A DNA stretch of 64,000 nt from Eimeria praecox (Eukaryota), in contig OY986947.1 of the NCBI GenBank assembly GCA_963920595.1, forward strand, positions 6,386,001-6,450,000, read 5' to 3'. Made by a program: the position numbers and the translations under genes. Shown in pieces: positions 1 through 12,284 of the stretch (positions within the stretch are counted from its first letter, which is position 1; each line of letters begins with the position of its first letter). The notes under the pieces are model-generated. The model saw only the letters and a list, made by a program, of their open reading frames with translations. It was not told where the DNA came from and ran no database searches.

Positions 1-59
1 GCGCTTTTAGCACTTGTCTTGCGGCCTGGCAACTTACTTCCAAATATGTTGCGGGTATA

Positions 60-2070
60 CTCGGTTTTATGCCCAGCGGAGTGGACGATGTGCGAGCTGA
101 TTACAGGCGTGGGCGCAGTGGGAACTGCTTCCTAGCATTAAATATTCGTTTTGGTGGTGACAGCGGCGTGCATGACGGGATGGAAGAGATCACTCACTGC
201 CTTGAAGCACAGATGATGCCTGCTGCTGGCATGGTAGTCGTGCGCCATGTAAATCGTTCACGCCCCATGTTGCGATCTGGAAATAAGCGTGCAGAAAAGC
301 AATCAGTGTGTGCATTAGGCGTTAACAAAAGAAGGATGCTGCACGGGTAGCCCGGCAGCAGTGGTCGGAAATGTACTTGGAGGTAGCAGATTGGATACAG
401 ATGCCCTGCAGTGCTTTGGAATTGTGTTGGCAAGACTAAGGCGGGAACCCGCCCGCTTCAAGCTGGCTCAGGTGTTCCCCGAGCCTTGCAGTTGTTCGTA
501 GTGCACCTGTGGAGCTTCTGTAATCACACGCGTTTCATCAGTGCGGTTTATTGAGGGTCAAATTGTTGTCATGCCCACTTATGGCATCCAAGGTCGGCAC
601 GTGAACAGCGTTCGCGGGTTGCCTGGGTTGCCTGCCAAGAGAAGTATGCTTGTCTCCCTTGGTGACTAATAGAAGCTGCACGAGTGCCTTGAGTGCTCTA
701 CCGAGGAAGTGGCAAGGGGTCAGGCCAAAGGTGCTGGCCTAATTACGCTCGTAGAGGTATGACTTATGATAAACGGAGTACAGGAATGAGCGCTTGGGAG
801 ACGAGGTGCAAGGGCTTTGAACGGTTTGTCGCCCCTACCTATGCATAACTACGAAAGCAAAACTGGTTGGAATCTGTTGCGCTTCGTCACAATGTTGTGC
901 CACCACCACATAGAGACTGAACCCTCATTCTTGGTGTGCAAGTCGCAGCTGTTGGACTTGAGTATTATTCGGTTAGCTGTTTTAACATAATGGGATCAGT
1001 AATGCGTTGCGAGCGTCTCGTTAGGAGAGAGGCTGCTTGGGCCTGACAATTTCTGTTGGGATGGGGGTGCAGAATATTCGTGGCGCGGCCTGTGTGATCG
1101 CTTTTGCCGAGTTACACTGGGCTAGGCGAGGTTGCTTGAGTGCAAAGAAGGGAAAGACAGGTTGGAAGGCCCTACATGACGGATTCTGAGGGGCATGAGC
1201 AGCATGCAGTTTCCTCATGTGCTATGCACGGGCAGGACAAACAGTCGTTGCATTATGGAGGCATTAGCATCCGCGCCGAACTATTAAAATGTAGCAAATA
1301 ATGATTTAGCGCAAGCACAGCTTACGCTTGCATGCATAGTGTGATCTAGGATAGCGCGGCGCCTTGCTGCATGGCAAATAGATGTGGCCCAAACAAGCGC
1401 ATTAGTTTTGATATTCTGGAACTCGAGCGGTTAGGCACAAGTAACACTTCAAAACCAACAGCCAGTGCGTGCCATGCTTCGCGCGAGGCGCCTGTGGAGC
1501 GCAACGTCACCAGTGATAAGCAAAAAAGCGCATTTATATTTTGTTGCAAGGAAGAAGAGGCCAACATGCATTTTCTAACCATTTTCACAGGGCATGATGG
1601 ACAGTCGAATGATGCGATCCACTGAATTAGCTAGGTAGCTTGTATCTCGAGTTTTGTAGATTGGTTTTATGCTTACTATAACATCGCCTGCAGCGCATGG
1701 TAGACGCTTCCATGTTGTTATAGGTACAGCATTGAGAGCGACCTTCTGTGGGGGCCCTGGGTAAGTAAGCTTGTTGCTACATATTTTGATCATAAAGTGC
1801 AATTTTGGCCTTAACGGTCATGCGGATGGTGACACGTAACTCGGGTCATTACGTTTGGATATGGTTGAATGTATTGGTGCCTGGCGGAACACTTAATCCA
1901 AGTAGCTCTGCCATCTTGGACAGGCCGCTGAACAAGTGGCCAGGCGGAAGCGGTGCATCGTGCGCTGCCAGCCAGTACGCCCTGTATTGGTGCTTTAAGT
2001 GGGTGCTGATGCAGAATAAAAGCAAGCGGCATTTGCAGTGAAGGGCCAGCTGGGATTTTGCATTTTTCGG
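60..2070 (+). mobile_element. Decayed Ty3/gypsy (chromovirus-like) pol remnant 1 (PR?-RT-RH-IN-chromodomain relics)
   Basis: Manual translation across frameshifts gives collinear relics: LPGLPAKRS 619-645 (cf. LPxGLPPKR), RALNGLSPLP 811-840 (cf. YRALN..PLP), LGLTISVG 1037-1060 (cf. LGYTISADG), TDSEGH 1179-1196 (cf. TDASGY), ISKKAHL 1516-1536 (cf. LSKMAHF), GHDGQSN 1590-1610 (cf. QSDGQTE), GHYVW ~1844-1858 (cf. GDKVW), ILDR..GSG..AASQY..KW..RASW ~1910-2055 (chromodomain-like). Comparison is to a recalled consensus; boundaries are approximate. Confidence 0.7.
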
Positions 2071-2199
2071 TACGAAGGCACACCATACTCTGTGAGCAGA
2101 TGCGCTCCAGATGTATAGGGGAAGCTGGAGTTGCTGTTCTTCGCCTCCTGAATGCCCTGCTTTCTACAGCGCGATATGCAGAGAGGGAAGACCCTGTTC

Positions 2200-3732
2200 A
2201 TCGCTGAAAATGGTGGAATCGTTTCGGCTTATCGTTCTGAGCAGGGAGTGAGTGATGCTGCGATTCGGGAGTCGCGTTGAGTGCTGCCAACTTCGAACTC
2301 TAGTTGAACGAGTATGGATTGAATGAAAGCGATTTGGGGGAATCTGCGGGTAGGCGGTCCATACCGGACCTCAGCTAGATTATTGAAGGCCCTTCAAATT
2401 TGCGGCAGTTTGGCTAGCCCGCCTTAGAGGCCGATTCGGGAAACTAGCTGCCATCCACGCGGAATTGGGCGACCTGCACGAGCTGTATTACTATTCCTAA
2501 ACTCTAATGCTTGAGCTCTTTGAACTGCTAGGTTGTGCGCCTAATGAGCAGAAAGGGTTGAGAACGAGGCTAGGGGACTTCACTGGGAGCTTCCTGAAGC
2601 ACTAGAGGTGCTCATTTCTGAATGTTCTTGAGAGAGTTACGTGTCTGGCCACTTCTGCACAGATAACTGCCGATGCTTGCTACTTTCTTTCAGCGAAGTA
2701 GCTTAACTAAGTGTCTAGCCTATCATACTTCTTGTTGCACACCCTGCTACACGAGCAATTTCCTAGATACTATCTGTACACGCGTCCTTGCATGGAATGT
2801 TCTGGTGCAGTTCTTGAGTGTACGAGGTTACACTTGCATTCTCCCTTATGCCGCATAAGAGCTGTTAGCAGCACTCATTTGTGCACCTTTACTAGCTGAG
2901 GCAACTGAACCGGCATTTCCGGGTGCAGACCGACTAGTTGCATGATGCAGAGATTGATTTTGCAGGCAGTCAGTCACCTCTAGGGATTGCTGGTCCTCTT
3001 TAAAGCCCGTCTACCTATTCAAACCTTGGTTGTGAATATAATTATGTAATTTCTTGGATATAGTAAAGGGCCCACCAAGCCAGTAGCTTGGTGCTATGCA
3101 TTGCTTGCCGAACAGTTAGGCATGAGCAGGTTCGCTTTCCCACCCGTGGGTATTTTCTAATTAAGCTCCAACAAGCATACGCATATGTTCGTAATACATG
3201 TTTTGCTTATCAGAACAGGGCTGCGCGTTGTGGGCGATAGCTTTGCTCAGAGTAGGCTAAACCCGCATTTCGTAGGCATTCTTGGCTAATACCGCTTCTC
3301 CGCGTTCCGTGCATGTACAGTGCATACAAGCATTGTTGTGAGGTTACATGCCGCCACAGGAAGTGTGTTATGAGCATACAGTGGCGCACACGATCAGTTT
3401 AAATCACTAGTCTTTAGGAAATCATTTAGGCTTGCGCATTGCAGCAAATTTGTCTGTATATTTGTTTGATCGTTGTGCTGCTCGTGCATAATGTAAGCAT
3501 TTGCCCCAAAGCGGCCAGAAGACACTTCAAATTCAGCAAAGTAGTTTTCAACACATTTCCAGGGGCATTCTGGCTGTGCCATGACGGCCGGCAGAAGCTC
3601 CTTGAGACGCGGCGCACATTAGCTCGACAAGAAGAGAGCTTTGTTTACCAGCTTGTGAGCCAGATTAGCAAAATGGGGCTGCTAAAGGAAAATACGGAGA
3701 TGCGATATCTGCAGGCCGTTAGGACTGTTGCA

Positions 3733-3830
<98 letters not shown>

Positions 3831-4290
3831 CGCCCTAGCGCGCTCTGTTGCTTGTTATTCCAACGGCCAGTGGCAGTATCTAATACCAGTTTTGACTCAT
3901 TGGCAATGCTGCCCGGTACATGTAAACACCCAATTACCCTCTCATTGTGGCTCATGAATTGGCGTGCTTTGCGGACGCTTTTGTAAACTGATGGCCTGCT
4001 TAAATCGTCTACTGGTCCGTCACCGCAAACTGGTGCAGAAGTAACGCTCTGGTCTAGAGGCAAGCCATTGAATACGCGGGCAAGCTGCCAATAGGACTAG
4101 CGGGAGTTGTGTCTGTCCTATATCGAGATACCAAAAACGATACTGGCGTTATGACTCTGAGGAAAATAGTTGAAGAATATTTAAAATTATGAGCAGGCAT
4201 GGATCCATAGCATTCATCCAGGGAACCATCTGGACGTCAGTATGATTATAGATGACAACTTGCTTGCGACAACATCGCGCTGATGCCTGT
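2200..4290 (+). mobile_element. Decayed gypsy remnant 2 (possible gag, then RT/RH, IN and chromodomain relics)
   Basis: FLDIV ~3051 (cf. FLGTV), YALLAEQ ~3095 (cf. YAIGAVLEQ), QQAYAY ~3169 (cf. QQKYSIY), RAARC ~3218 (cf. RTARW), VLLVHNVS and CHDGRQK..RRTL within ORF 3439-3957 (integrase core-like), EEY..IMSRHGS ~4173-4207 (cf. EEYEVDYIMDQRGS). Many stops and frameshifts. The gag assignment at 2.2-2.7 kb is weak. Confidence 0.55.
3736..3829. repeat. (TG)47 dinucleotide microsatellite
   Basis: Perfect 94-bp TG run read directly; it produces the poly-CV and poly-HT ORFs in the track. Confidence 0.97.
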
Positions 4291-4399
4291 CTCCTTTAAA
4301 TACACTCGTACAGGTGCTAAGCATCATTCCATTCTCCAGCTTACGCGAAGATGCATATCCTTGCACAGATGTGTCATAATCAAATGCTGTGCATTTTGC

Positions 4400-5450
4400 G
4401 TTTCTCGTGCTGCATAAAGGAGCTCAAGAACGTTTGCTGGGACGGTCAGTTTATTCGGGACAACTAATGTAGACACTGAGAAAATTTCAATGCTCCCGCA
4501 GGAAGTCTGTTTCGTGGCTAACATGCGACGACCACACTGAACATGTTGAGCAAATTCAGAGTGAATCGCAAAGGCATGAGCGTCTGCGCAGCTGCTGTGG
4601 AAACTATCGATGGTTTAGTGCATGAAATACAATATCTTGTTGGGTTTAACATTTGGTAAGAAGGCACTCGGAGATTCCGGGCTTTGCTCAACGGGGTTTA
4701 TTTTGGCAGGAGTATCCTTTGTTGCTTGGCATGCTTGCCCGCCTGAAACGTCCAAACGGCACAGGCAGCATGCGCATTCAGTAAGTCACTTTTGCATCAA
4801 ACTGTGTGTTATAGTGTGTTGAAACGTATGCTCATACCTTCGCTCCTAGCTGCGCTGATAACCCTGATTTCGTTATTTCCCTTCCTGGAAAACGCAATCT
4901 GTGGCCAGAAGGCTGCGTGATGGAAAACGATTTTTCGCGGCTGTTTTCTGCTCGCCAGATATGTGGATGTGCCAGGTACGCAGTGGGAGCAAGAATTGGC
5001 GCAGAAAGTTAGTCCCCGTGCTTGGGCGCATGCTGGTGCGCTGCAAGCTGTGCGTGGGGATCCGCCCCGCCTGATACACAGTTTAAAACCTTTATGGCAC
5101 TAAGTAAGCTCATCTATGCTGTATGCTTGCTTGAGCCCGCTGTAGTAGGCGTTCCAGCGCATGCCAGTGTCCTGTCAGTGTTTATAGCCAAACTACCTGA
5201 CGTAGCGTGCGCCCGTCTTTTGCATACTTCATCTGGAGTATTTTTAAGCATGCCCTTAACTTATCCGCTGATTAGCAATTCTCAGAGCATGGGATATTGA
5301 ACAAGCAGCTTGTAAGGCTGACTGGCACGGTGCAACGCCAAGAAAGCATTGCCAGCGAAACATCAACGACTTATCTTCCAAATGGCAATGCATTCCAGGA
5401 AGAAGGGGGCCCTCTTCAGGCCGCTGTGCTGAGTGATTGCTAGATGCGCC
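4400..5450 (+). mobile_element. Decayed gypsy remnant 3 (protease-RT-RH relics)
   Basis: LPQEVCFVAN 4493-4522 (cf. LPEEHRFTVAN), YNILLGL 4628-4648 (retropepsin C-terminal YDxxLG), ISLPGK ~4875 (cf. ILLVPGK), then LIYA, PAHASVLSVF and LHTSSG in ORF 5022-5300 (cf. LIYS, PSHVSLL..VLSIF, LYTDASG). Confidence 0.55.
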
Positions 5451-5729
5451 CCTGCCTAGAGGTAAGGGTGTTCTGTGTTGCGATCATCTGCCGCCATAAA
5501 TGCTTTGTTTGAAAGTGCGCCAAAATCAAATATAAAGTGGCCGTGGTGTAAAGAGCCATCTCAGGGCTAACAGCGGGATGCTTGCATAGCCCGGGCAAAA
5601 ATGACGTGTTGGGCGCCACGCTCATATTTGTCACTATTTCTTCCGTGCAGCAACCAATTACTGTCTAGGAGTACAGGAGTGCTCACTTATGTAGCTTGTG
5701 GGTCCAGTGCAAAAGCCTGCATTGCAAAA

Positions 5730-8030
5730 GGGGTGCAATACGTTGTGCTAGTGGCCTTAGCTGGGCGTGGATTCTTAGAAGGGAACTGGTGTGCATCATC
5801 ATATCTTTTGATGCGCTTCAGACGACCTGAGCAGAAGCAACCTTTTGCTGCTGAAAGCTGACCTGGGTTGTGTTGCTTGCCTACCACAAGCTTTGGAAGT
5901 ATTAACATTTTTAAGCGCTGCGAAGAAACTCACTAGTATTTTCTGTCGCCTTGAGGGTGATCTTGGTTGCCTTGGTTGTTCAAGGGCTGCAGTCGCCAGT
6001 TGCGCTTGGGAGCCACCGCCGGGGCAGGGCATCCAATTCATTATCCATCTAATAATAGAGGGGCTGCTTCTTCCCATCATCGAGACGCATGCACGCGCGG
6101 TTTTAACGCCAATGGCGTTAGTTAGTTGGGATAAAAAAGCTTTATTTCGCGGCATGTAGGGATTATATACAAGATATAGATCACAATGTGGCACTGCGTT
6201 TTCAAGGCACATCAGTTCCAGCCTACTTGGATCTAAGGATCAACAAACTAGGCATTGATCGAGCTTCGAACTTAAAGGACGTAAGCAAATCTCACTTTCG
6301 CATGCATAGAGTGCCCACTGCAGAAGAAAGCAAAGCCTGAATGGCTTACCGACTATTTAATTTCTGTCTAGGTGATTTGCTTTCCAGATTTTTTCCATGC
6401 TGGCTTATCGCTTTTATGCGGCGCTTGTAGATGCCGCATCGCATGGGCGAATGCATATTGCGGCTCCGGATATTTCGCGTTCCTTTCCTTTTAGTGCCTG
6501 CCAACAGAGCAGAAAATGATAACTTTAGCCTCTACGGTATTAGCCGAGGATTCGTAGCACCAGGGCATACCGTCATTGAGTTAGTTGGCTTCAGGGTGCC
6601 GCTACGATCCTGGTACTGCCCGGTGTGCAAAGCTGCGTAGAAACAGGTGAAACGGCCTTTTGAAATGCAAAGACTGAATGCCAAGCACCGTATAATGAGC
6701 TCAAAGGCGTCACCTTTCGTTCCGCAAGGATTGAATTGTGTACGTTAGTATCGAAGCATAGAAACACCTCGCCATCCGTATCTCTGGCAGAGCTACTGGT
6801 GTAGGGAAGATAGCGGACACAGTCAAGCGCTTAATCTTGTTTCTTGTACAGGTTCGGAGTGGTCAAAAGGCACTCCCTTTCGTGTTGTGCCTTTTAGTGC
6901 AGTCCATCGTGCAAGTTGAGCACTGTGGATCCCGAATAACAACTTCCAGGTGAGGAAGGCTAGAGACCGAACCACCCCGTCACGCATTCCCGTATCTAAT
7001 CGCTTCACGCCCTCCCGCTTGCTTATTGCCTTTACTAACGCCAGATCACTCCTTCGTCTTGTAAAATATTTGGGTGACGGTTTGGATGACGTGCTGTATT
7101 CTGCAATTCTATGCCACTCAACTTTACAGAGTGTACTGACCAATACATCAAACCTTAGGGAAGCGTCTGATGCTTCAGGATGTGGGTTGCGTACTTGGTC
7201 GCATCACAGGTTTTCGTCAATTGAGTACAGCCTTCTGGTAATCAAAGGCCTTTCGATGATGGCATTGTCATTTCCACTTGCTTCCACTTCTCCAGATCTG
7301 GATATGAGCATGGTAGTGTTTGGCTTGGCGACATTGGAATGCTTGCAGGGCGTGCGTTGGTGACAGTCCCAATCGGACTTCTGTATGAGCGAGCGGTATA
7401 TATAATGAAGCAGATGGTTCCAGCTTGGCTGGTGGAATCGTAATGTGTGGAGTGGTGGATGCGAAGCTTTTCAGCCATGGAGCGAAGAGTGTGCCTTGAT
7501 AGTGTATGTATCGCTGCAATTCACTCTGCAGCTGCGCCCAACTATGTAGGCTTTTAATTCTGTGCTGCGCTTCTGGTGGACTGTCTGCCGCGTGAAGAAT
7601 GCGCAACTGTGCAGCGTTTTGCGGCGCTTCGATCAGTTGCCTTCACTAGTTCTGCTCCGGTGCGAATGTCCTTTTTCTACAAGGATGCGCGGCCCTGAAC
7701 GCTTCGCTCTCGTTGGAACTAGTCTGGCTCTCTCTTGAGTATATACTCTCTTTGACCCTGAAATGGTAACTCTGAATATTTAGAAAGTGCGCACAACGAA
7801 TCCGTTGCTACAGAGAAAATGGGCAGTTTGGCGTGTGTTTCCTTGTAGGAGAAAAATGCATTTAACGAGTTGTCTGCAGTTCACCCATCACAGCAGTCAC
7901 GCTTGGGCGTAAAGAACGTGTTCACAACCTGTGCATCTTGCAGTTCTTCATGCCCTGTGCCAGCATGAACAGTCGTGGTCGCTGTCACGGGGATGAATGA
8001 AGATGGGCTCCTGCGGATCCGTGTAGCAAG
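5730..8030 (+). mobile_element. Decayed gypsy remnant 4 (PR-RT-RH-IN-chromodomain relics; clearest RT)
   Basis: PHRMGE..FRVPFLLVP in ORF 6431-6640, LSTVDPE ~6916, FQVRKARDR 6944-6970 (cf. FHQIRMAKEDR), LDDVLYS 7082-7102 (YxDD region, cf. YLDDVLIYS), DASG 7169-7180 (RNase H), LQGVR ~7343 (cf. VQGAR), LVDCL ~7573 (cf. MVDSL), LEL ~7713, VGEK ~7845 (cf. VGDK), NVF ~7915, WAPAD ~8004 (cf. WEPA). Confidence 0.75.
6950..7363 (+). pseudogene. Internally deleted RT/RNase H pseudo-ORF (137 aa)
   Basis: One open frame joins RT relics (RKARDR, TPSRL, GLDDVLYS..H..LQSVL) to RNase H relics (DASG, FSSIEYSLL, PDL, LQGVR). The catalytic YxDD Tyr is lost (GLDD). Confidence 0.7.
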
Positions 8031-8179
8031 AAAAAGCCACCAATAAAGCGGTCTTACCGCTGTTCTGGGGACGGACTACTTGCTTTCTCCCCAAAGCATC
8101 ATGCTGACAGGATACACTTGGGCACCTGAATGTTGGAGAATTTCCCTTTGCCCCTGCGTACATGGCTGTTCCTCATGCC

Positions 8180-8700
8180 GCTTGAGCACGAGTAGGATCT
8201 TGCGGGGCTGTCTTGGGAAGGTGCACAACGTGAATATGCCGCCAGCGAGCGGGGTATAACCATGAAATCAGTCGCTTTATGCGGCATTTCATTTTATGCT
8301 GGGTAGGGCGCAGACAGATGTGCCTGGCCTGCCAGACGGTGCGTCGTTGCAGAACTAAAATTTCACAAAGGCTCCAGAACATCCTATTGCGCAACGCCAT
8401 CAGTTCAAAAGCTTTTGGCCACGTACGATTGGCGAAAGCCGAGTGCTTGGAATGGAACGTTGGCTGCGTTGAGGCAAGCTGCGCGTGTGTAGCATTGTTC
8501 TCGCAAGCTCTGCTTTAGACAAGCAATGTTTCGTTGTGCCCAAACGTAGCACCAGTTAGCGCTTTTCGTGGCATTTGCTGCAGTAGCCCTTTCTGGGAAA
8601 GCTGCATATGCAGTATCTCTTTGAAGCGGCCTTGGGCCCTTCTCGATTCTTGTTGGGCCCTTACGGTGCAATGCCAAAATCGAGCCCGTTCTTGCTGCGG
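8180..8700 (+). mobile_element. Short decayed gypsy RH/IN fragment (remnant 5)
   Basis: GAVL ~8203, GLPD ~8326, frameshifted EC(L)NGTL ~8441-8462 (cf. ERVNRTL), FEAALGP ~8620 (cf. FEPRYRGP). Few motifs. Confidence 0.35.
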
Positions 8701-8799
8701 CGGCCGTGCTTTCTTGGCTTAAACCAGTGAGTTGCGGGTGTATCCAGTGCTTCACAGAGATTTTTAAAGGTTATGCCATCTCTTTCTGCATCTCCGCTT

Positions 8800-11700
8800 A
8801 GGTGATCGTGGCATTAAGAAAATACACTGGGCTTGCAGGACGTACGTTTCTGTGTAGGACTAATAATATCGCAAGGATGCATTACAGCTTGGAAATGTGC
8901 ATTCGCATTGACACGAAGACAACGAACTGGCAAGCATAGCAAGGACGGATGAAGTAATGGCTCAGCTGTTTGAGTGCTGGCACGATAGTAGTTGCATGAT
9001 GACGTTCTGGAATCACGCGCTTGTTATCCATTACTTTCTATATTGGATGCATTTTTCATTTTGAAGCATGTCTGCACTTATGGGAACTTGATGCCTCCGT
9101 ACAGAACCGAGTACGCTCTGCAGCCCGCTAGTTGCATTATTGTGGGGTTCGCGAACTGAAGGCATGCGCGTATCTGGCTTATGGAGTGTTTTCTCCCCTT
9201 CAGGAGGTGCGTCACATGCAATGCATCATTTGTCCAGTGGAGGGCATCTGTAGCATACAAGTGCAGACTCGCAGAGTCCTCTCGAATAATATTCTTCCTG
9301 CAGCAACGCCAACGCTATCTACCTGCTTCTTTGAACACTTTTGCCTATTCTATACCTACTTCGGAAATACATGCATTGCACCTTTAGTTACCGTATTCGT
9401 GAACACAACGCACCTGCACCCGAGCTGTGCGCGTCATGCCAGGGGGCGTTCACGGTTATGGCTCCCAGATCAACGGTTTTCACACAACTGCTCACCCTGA
9501 GCTCGCAAGCAACTCTGTGTAAACGTGCACCCCTAACTGTGAAGCGCAGGCTGCAGTCCTTCGCCGCAATGACCCTTACACTAAAACCTGGATTTAATCG
9601 TGGCTGCATGCGATTCGATGGACAAGAGCAAGGCGAAGGACGCTGTGTTGACAGTTTGTGCGCTTGCAGCGGATGCGACTATAGAGTAGTGCCTACTGTC
9701 CTGACCACTTCTTAATTGCCGTCCCCCTCATGGCTTCCCCCCTGGTCTCTAGAAAAGCGTCTTTTTAATTGAGGAGATACGCCGTTCGGCAGAAAGTGCG
9801 TAGCTTTAGAACGGTCAGACTGGCAAAGGAACCGGCGTAGTGTCTTTGAGTGTTCTCAGCTGAAGGTGCACGGGGTGGATTCAATGGAGCAGCTAGGTAA
9901 CACTTCAGAAAATGCTTCCCATGTGTTAAGTGGTTCAGTTGTGATTGCCCTTTTCAGCAGTGGATCAAAGAAAATTCAATGAGCAGTGTGGCTCCACGAC
10001 GCTATCTAGGCCTGGGAAAAAATGCATTCCTTTCCCTGACCTTTTGGAAACGAGAACAGGCTACCGGAAAACGACGTTTCAGATGCTTGAGCCTATTGCC
10101 GTTTAAGTTAGTGTCACCGGCGAGCATGCAAATGCTAATCTCACGAAACCTTTGCGCTCAGGGGCCTCTCTGACCGGCACTCTGTGCGACGTGAAAGTAG
10201 GTGGTTTCTGGACCTAGTGATTCACATGAATCCAGCGAAATATAGAGGGGCAAGCTCAGGGTTTTTGAAACAGGTTGTAGGCTGTTTTGCACGATGCAGC
10301 AACGGGAGAAACAGCATGATGCCTTCAGCTTAATTTCTGCAGTGTTTCTCCAAGGTCTTCTTCAGTACTAGCAGTTGCCCTGAGTTGCTCCTGGGTTAGC
10401 TTGCTCAGTGGCAGTCTGTATACGCTGACAGCATTAAATTCTAGGAGTCCTTCATTTAGGAACTAGGGCAATTGGAAGGCGGTGACCTAAGCGGTCTTCT
10501 GTTTTGGCACTTTTGTAAATCTGCGCGTGCTCAAGCAAGGCCTGTGTTCAGCTTCGTTGCCGTCTGGACATCCGCACACAGTTGTGGACTTTCAGGTGCT
10601 GAACACAGGATTGTTCGATGAATTCTTCAGGCAGAATACGTGTGGTTGTTAGTTGCCTGCACCCATTTCTTGGGTGGCGGTGCGTGTCGAACAAGGCTGA
10701 AAATGATTCCTTCCAAGCATTTAGCAAGTGCGTCCCATCGCCAGCAAGATATATCCAGGTGGCGTAGTTTCGATCGTTCTGAATGCAGCCGTGGAAAGCC
10801 GTGAAAATATACTGAAAAAATTGTTCTTCCTGCGTCGTGACACCTAGTGCATCAGCAAGCATGGGTTCTTGCACTAGCAAGGCCCCATGCTGGCTGATAC
10901 ATTCTGGTTCCTGCATCGTTGAGCAACCATCAGTTTGTACGTCTGGCGATTGAATCAGTAGTCCCACAGACTAAAGGCACCAAGTGATCTTGGTTCAGCA
11001 GTTCAGCAGCTCGAGCAGGCAGGTATACTGCCCTGCCCAGAACAACGCGGTTGCCTCCTGCACTTCCCGTAAGTTTTGACGGGCATTGTAATGTGTCCCA
11101 AGAACTGATCATCCGGAAATCCCTGATTGATTGGCGATGGTAAATTTTTTATAGTGCAAGGGGGAGTGGGCGTTCCTCGGTTATAGGCTTTGATGGGGTG
11201 GCAGCGAGGCGTTTTCCTAGGTCTCTCAGCGTGCAGTCAAGCAGGTGTGCGCAGAGTCGGCCGCATGCAAATGAGAATACATAAAAACGCTCGCTTGAAT
11301 GCGTATTGCAGTGGTGCATGGTGTGGCATGCTGTAATCGATGGTCATTCAGAGCAGAGCACCTTTTCCGTTCAAGCGATAACAGGCCTCCTAGAAAGCTG
11401 CAGGGAGACCTACTGCCCATCGCAGGAAGTGCGTTTCATTTGATCCATTGATAGCCCTAATACGTCAAGTGCACTGACTTGCTTTCAGATACGTTTTAAA
11501 CTTTCCCGCTGGTGATAAGTGTTGCGTACAAACTTGAATAATCCATTAGCCTCTTGCGGCTGCCTAGCAGGCTTTTGGAAGTTTCTTTCAAAGCCTATCC
11601 AGAGGCGTGATCCGGTAAACAAATGAAAGCCTGCCGCTCTGGGCACCTTGGCAGATGCTCGCTTTTGCAATGCGCACGAGATGTTTCGCGGATAAGTGCC

Positions 11701-12150
11701 GTCTTTTCGGATCTTCCAATGAATCTGCTAGAAAGCGCAAAATTTGCTAACCTTGCAGTTTGTGAGCTACCTGCACACGAGACATAACCAGATCGACAGC
11801 CTAAAAGCTTGTGGTCTGTACATAGCTTGTGCACGCGGCACTGCCGAGGCAGAGAATTGCTTGCGATGCGATCTTCACTTTAGGAACCACTGACTGAGCT
11901 TCGACAGGTTTACTGAACCACAATGGTTGCCTGCATCGAAAGATTTAGGCAAACATTTTTTGACTGTAAAGGCACCCAAAGGGTGCAGGAAATGCATTTA
12001 ATATGTGGCGTTCGAAGGAAAGGAGGCCATCTTAGCTGGATGCTTCACCTGCTCGACAAAGCGTCCCCTCAGCTGCAACGATTTGTGTGATACTAGCAGA
12101 AAATGAAATGATTTGAAGGATGCTTTTTTGCACTTGGAAGGATCACCCGC
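8800..12150 (+). mobile_element. Decayed gypsy remnant 6 (PR-RT-RH-IN relics)
   Basis: IRID ~8901, FAYSIPT ~9340 (cf. FPDSLPT), SFAA ~9557, CDYR ~9674, TPFGRK ~9779 (cf. MPFGLK), RRYLG ~9997 (cf. RQFLG), DAFSLISAVFLQ ~10318 (cf. DASGYAIGAVLEQ), ELL ~10382, VYAD ~10418 (cf. AYTD), CVP ~11092, RWS ~11338, RDP ~11606, all in canonical order. Confidence 0.55.
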
Positions 12151-12284
12151 AGGTAAGTGCGTTGTGCGGGCGCAGCAGTGGATGTGCTGGAGGCCTGTTG
12201 TGGAGAAGACACGGGGAATGAAGGGAAGAGTACTCCGAACGCTATCAGTGTGTTAAGGCACGTTCCTTCCTTCAAGCGTATGCT

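Noticed and set aside
3439..4063. ORFs with poly-CV or poly-HT tracts
   Set aside because: These are translations of the TG microsatellite plus integrase debris.
6823..7345. Minus-strand frame interrupted by a single TGA (selenoprotein or readthrough?)
   Set aside because: It is the antisense shadow of the + strand RT/RNase H relic and has no recognisable protein features.
10548..10967. 139-aa minus-strand ORF
   Set aside because: No recognisable domain, non-ATG start, and it lies antisense within retroelement remnant 6.
12109..12135. DLKDAFLHL as an RT motif of another retroelement
   Set aside because: Isolated, with a stop just upstream and no following RT motifs; by position it is more likely the decayed DVFHV integrase motif of remnant 6.
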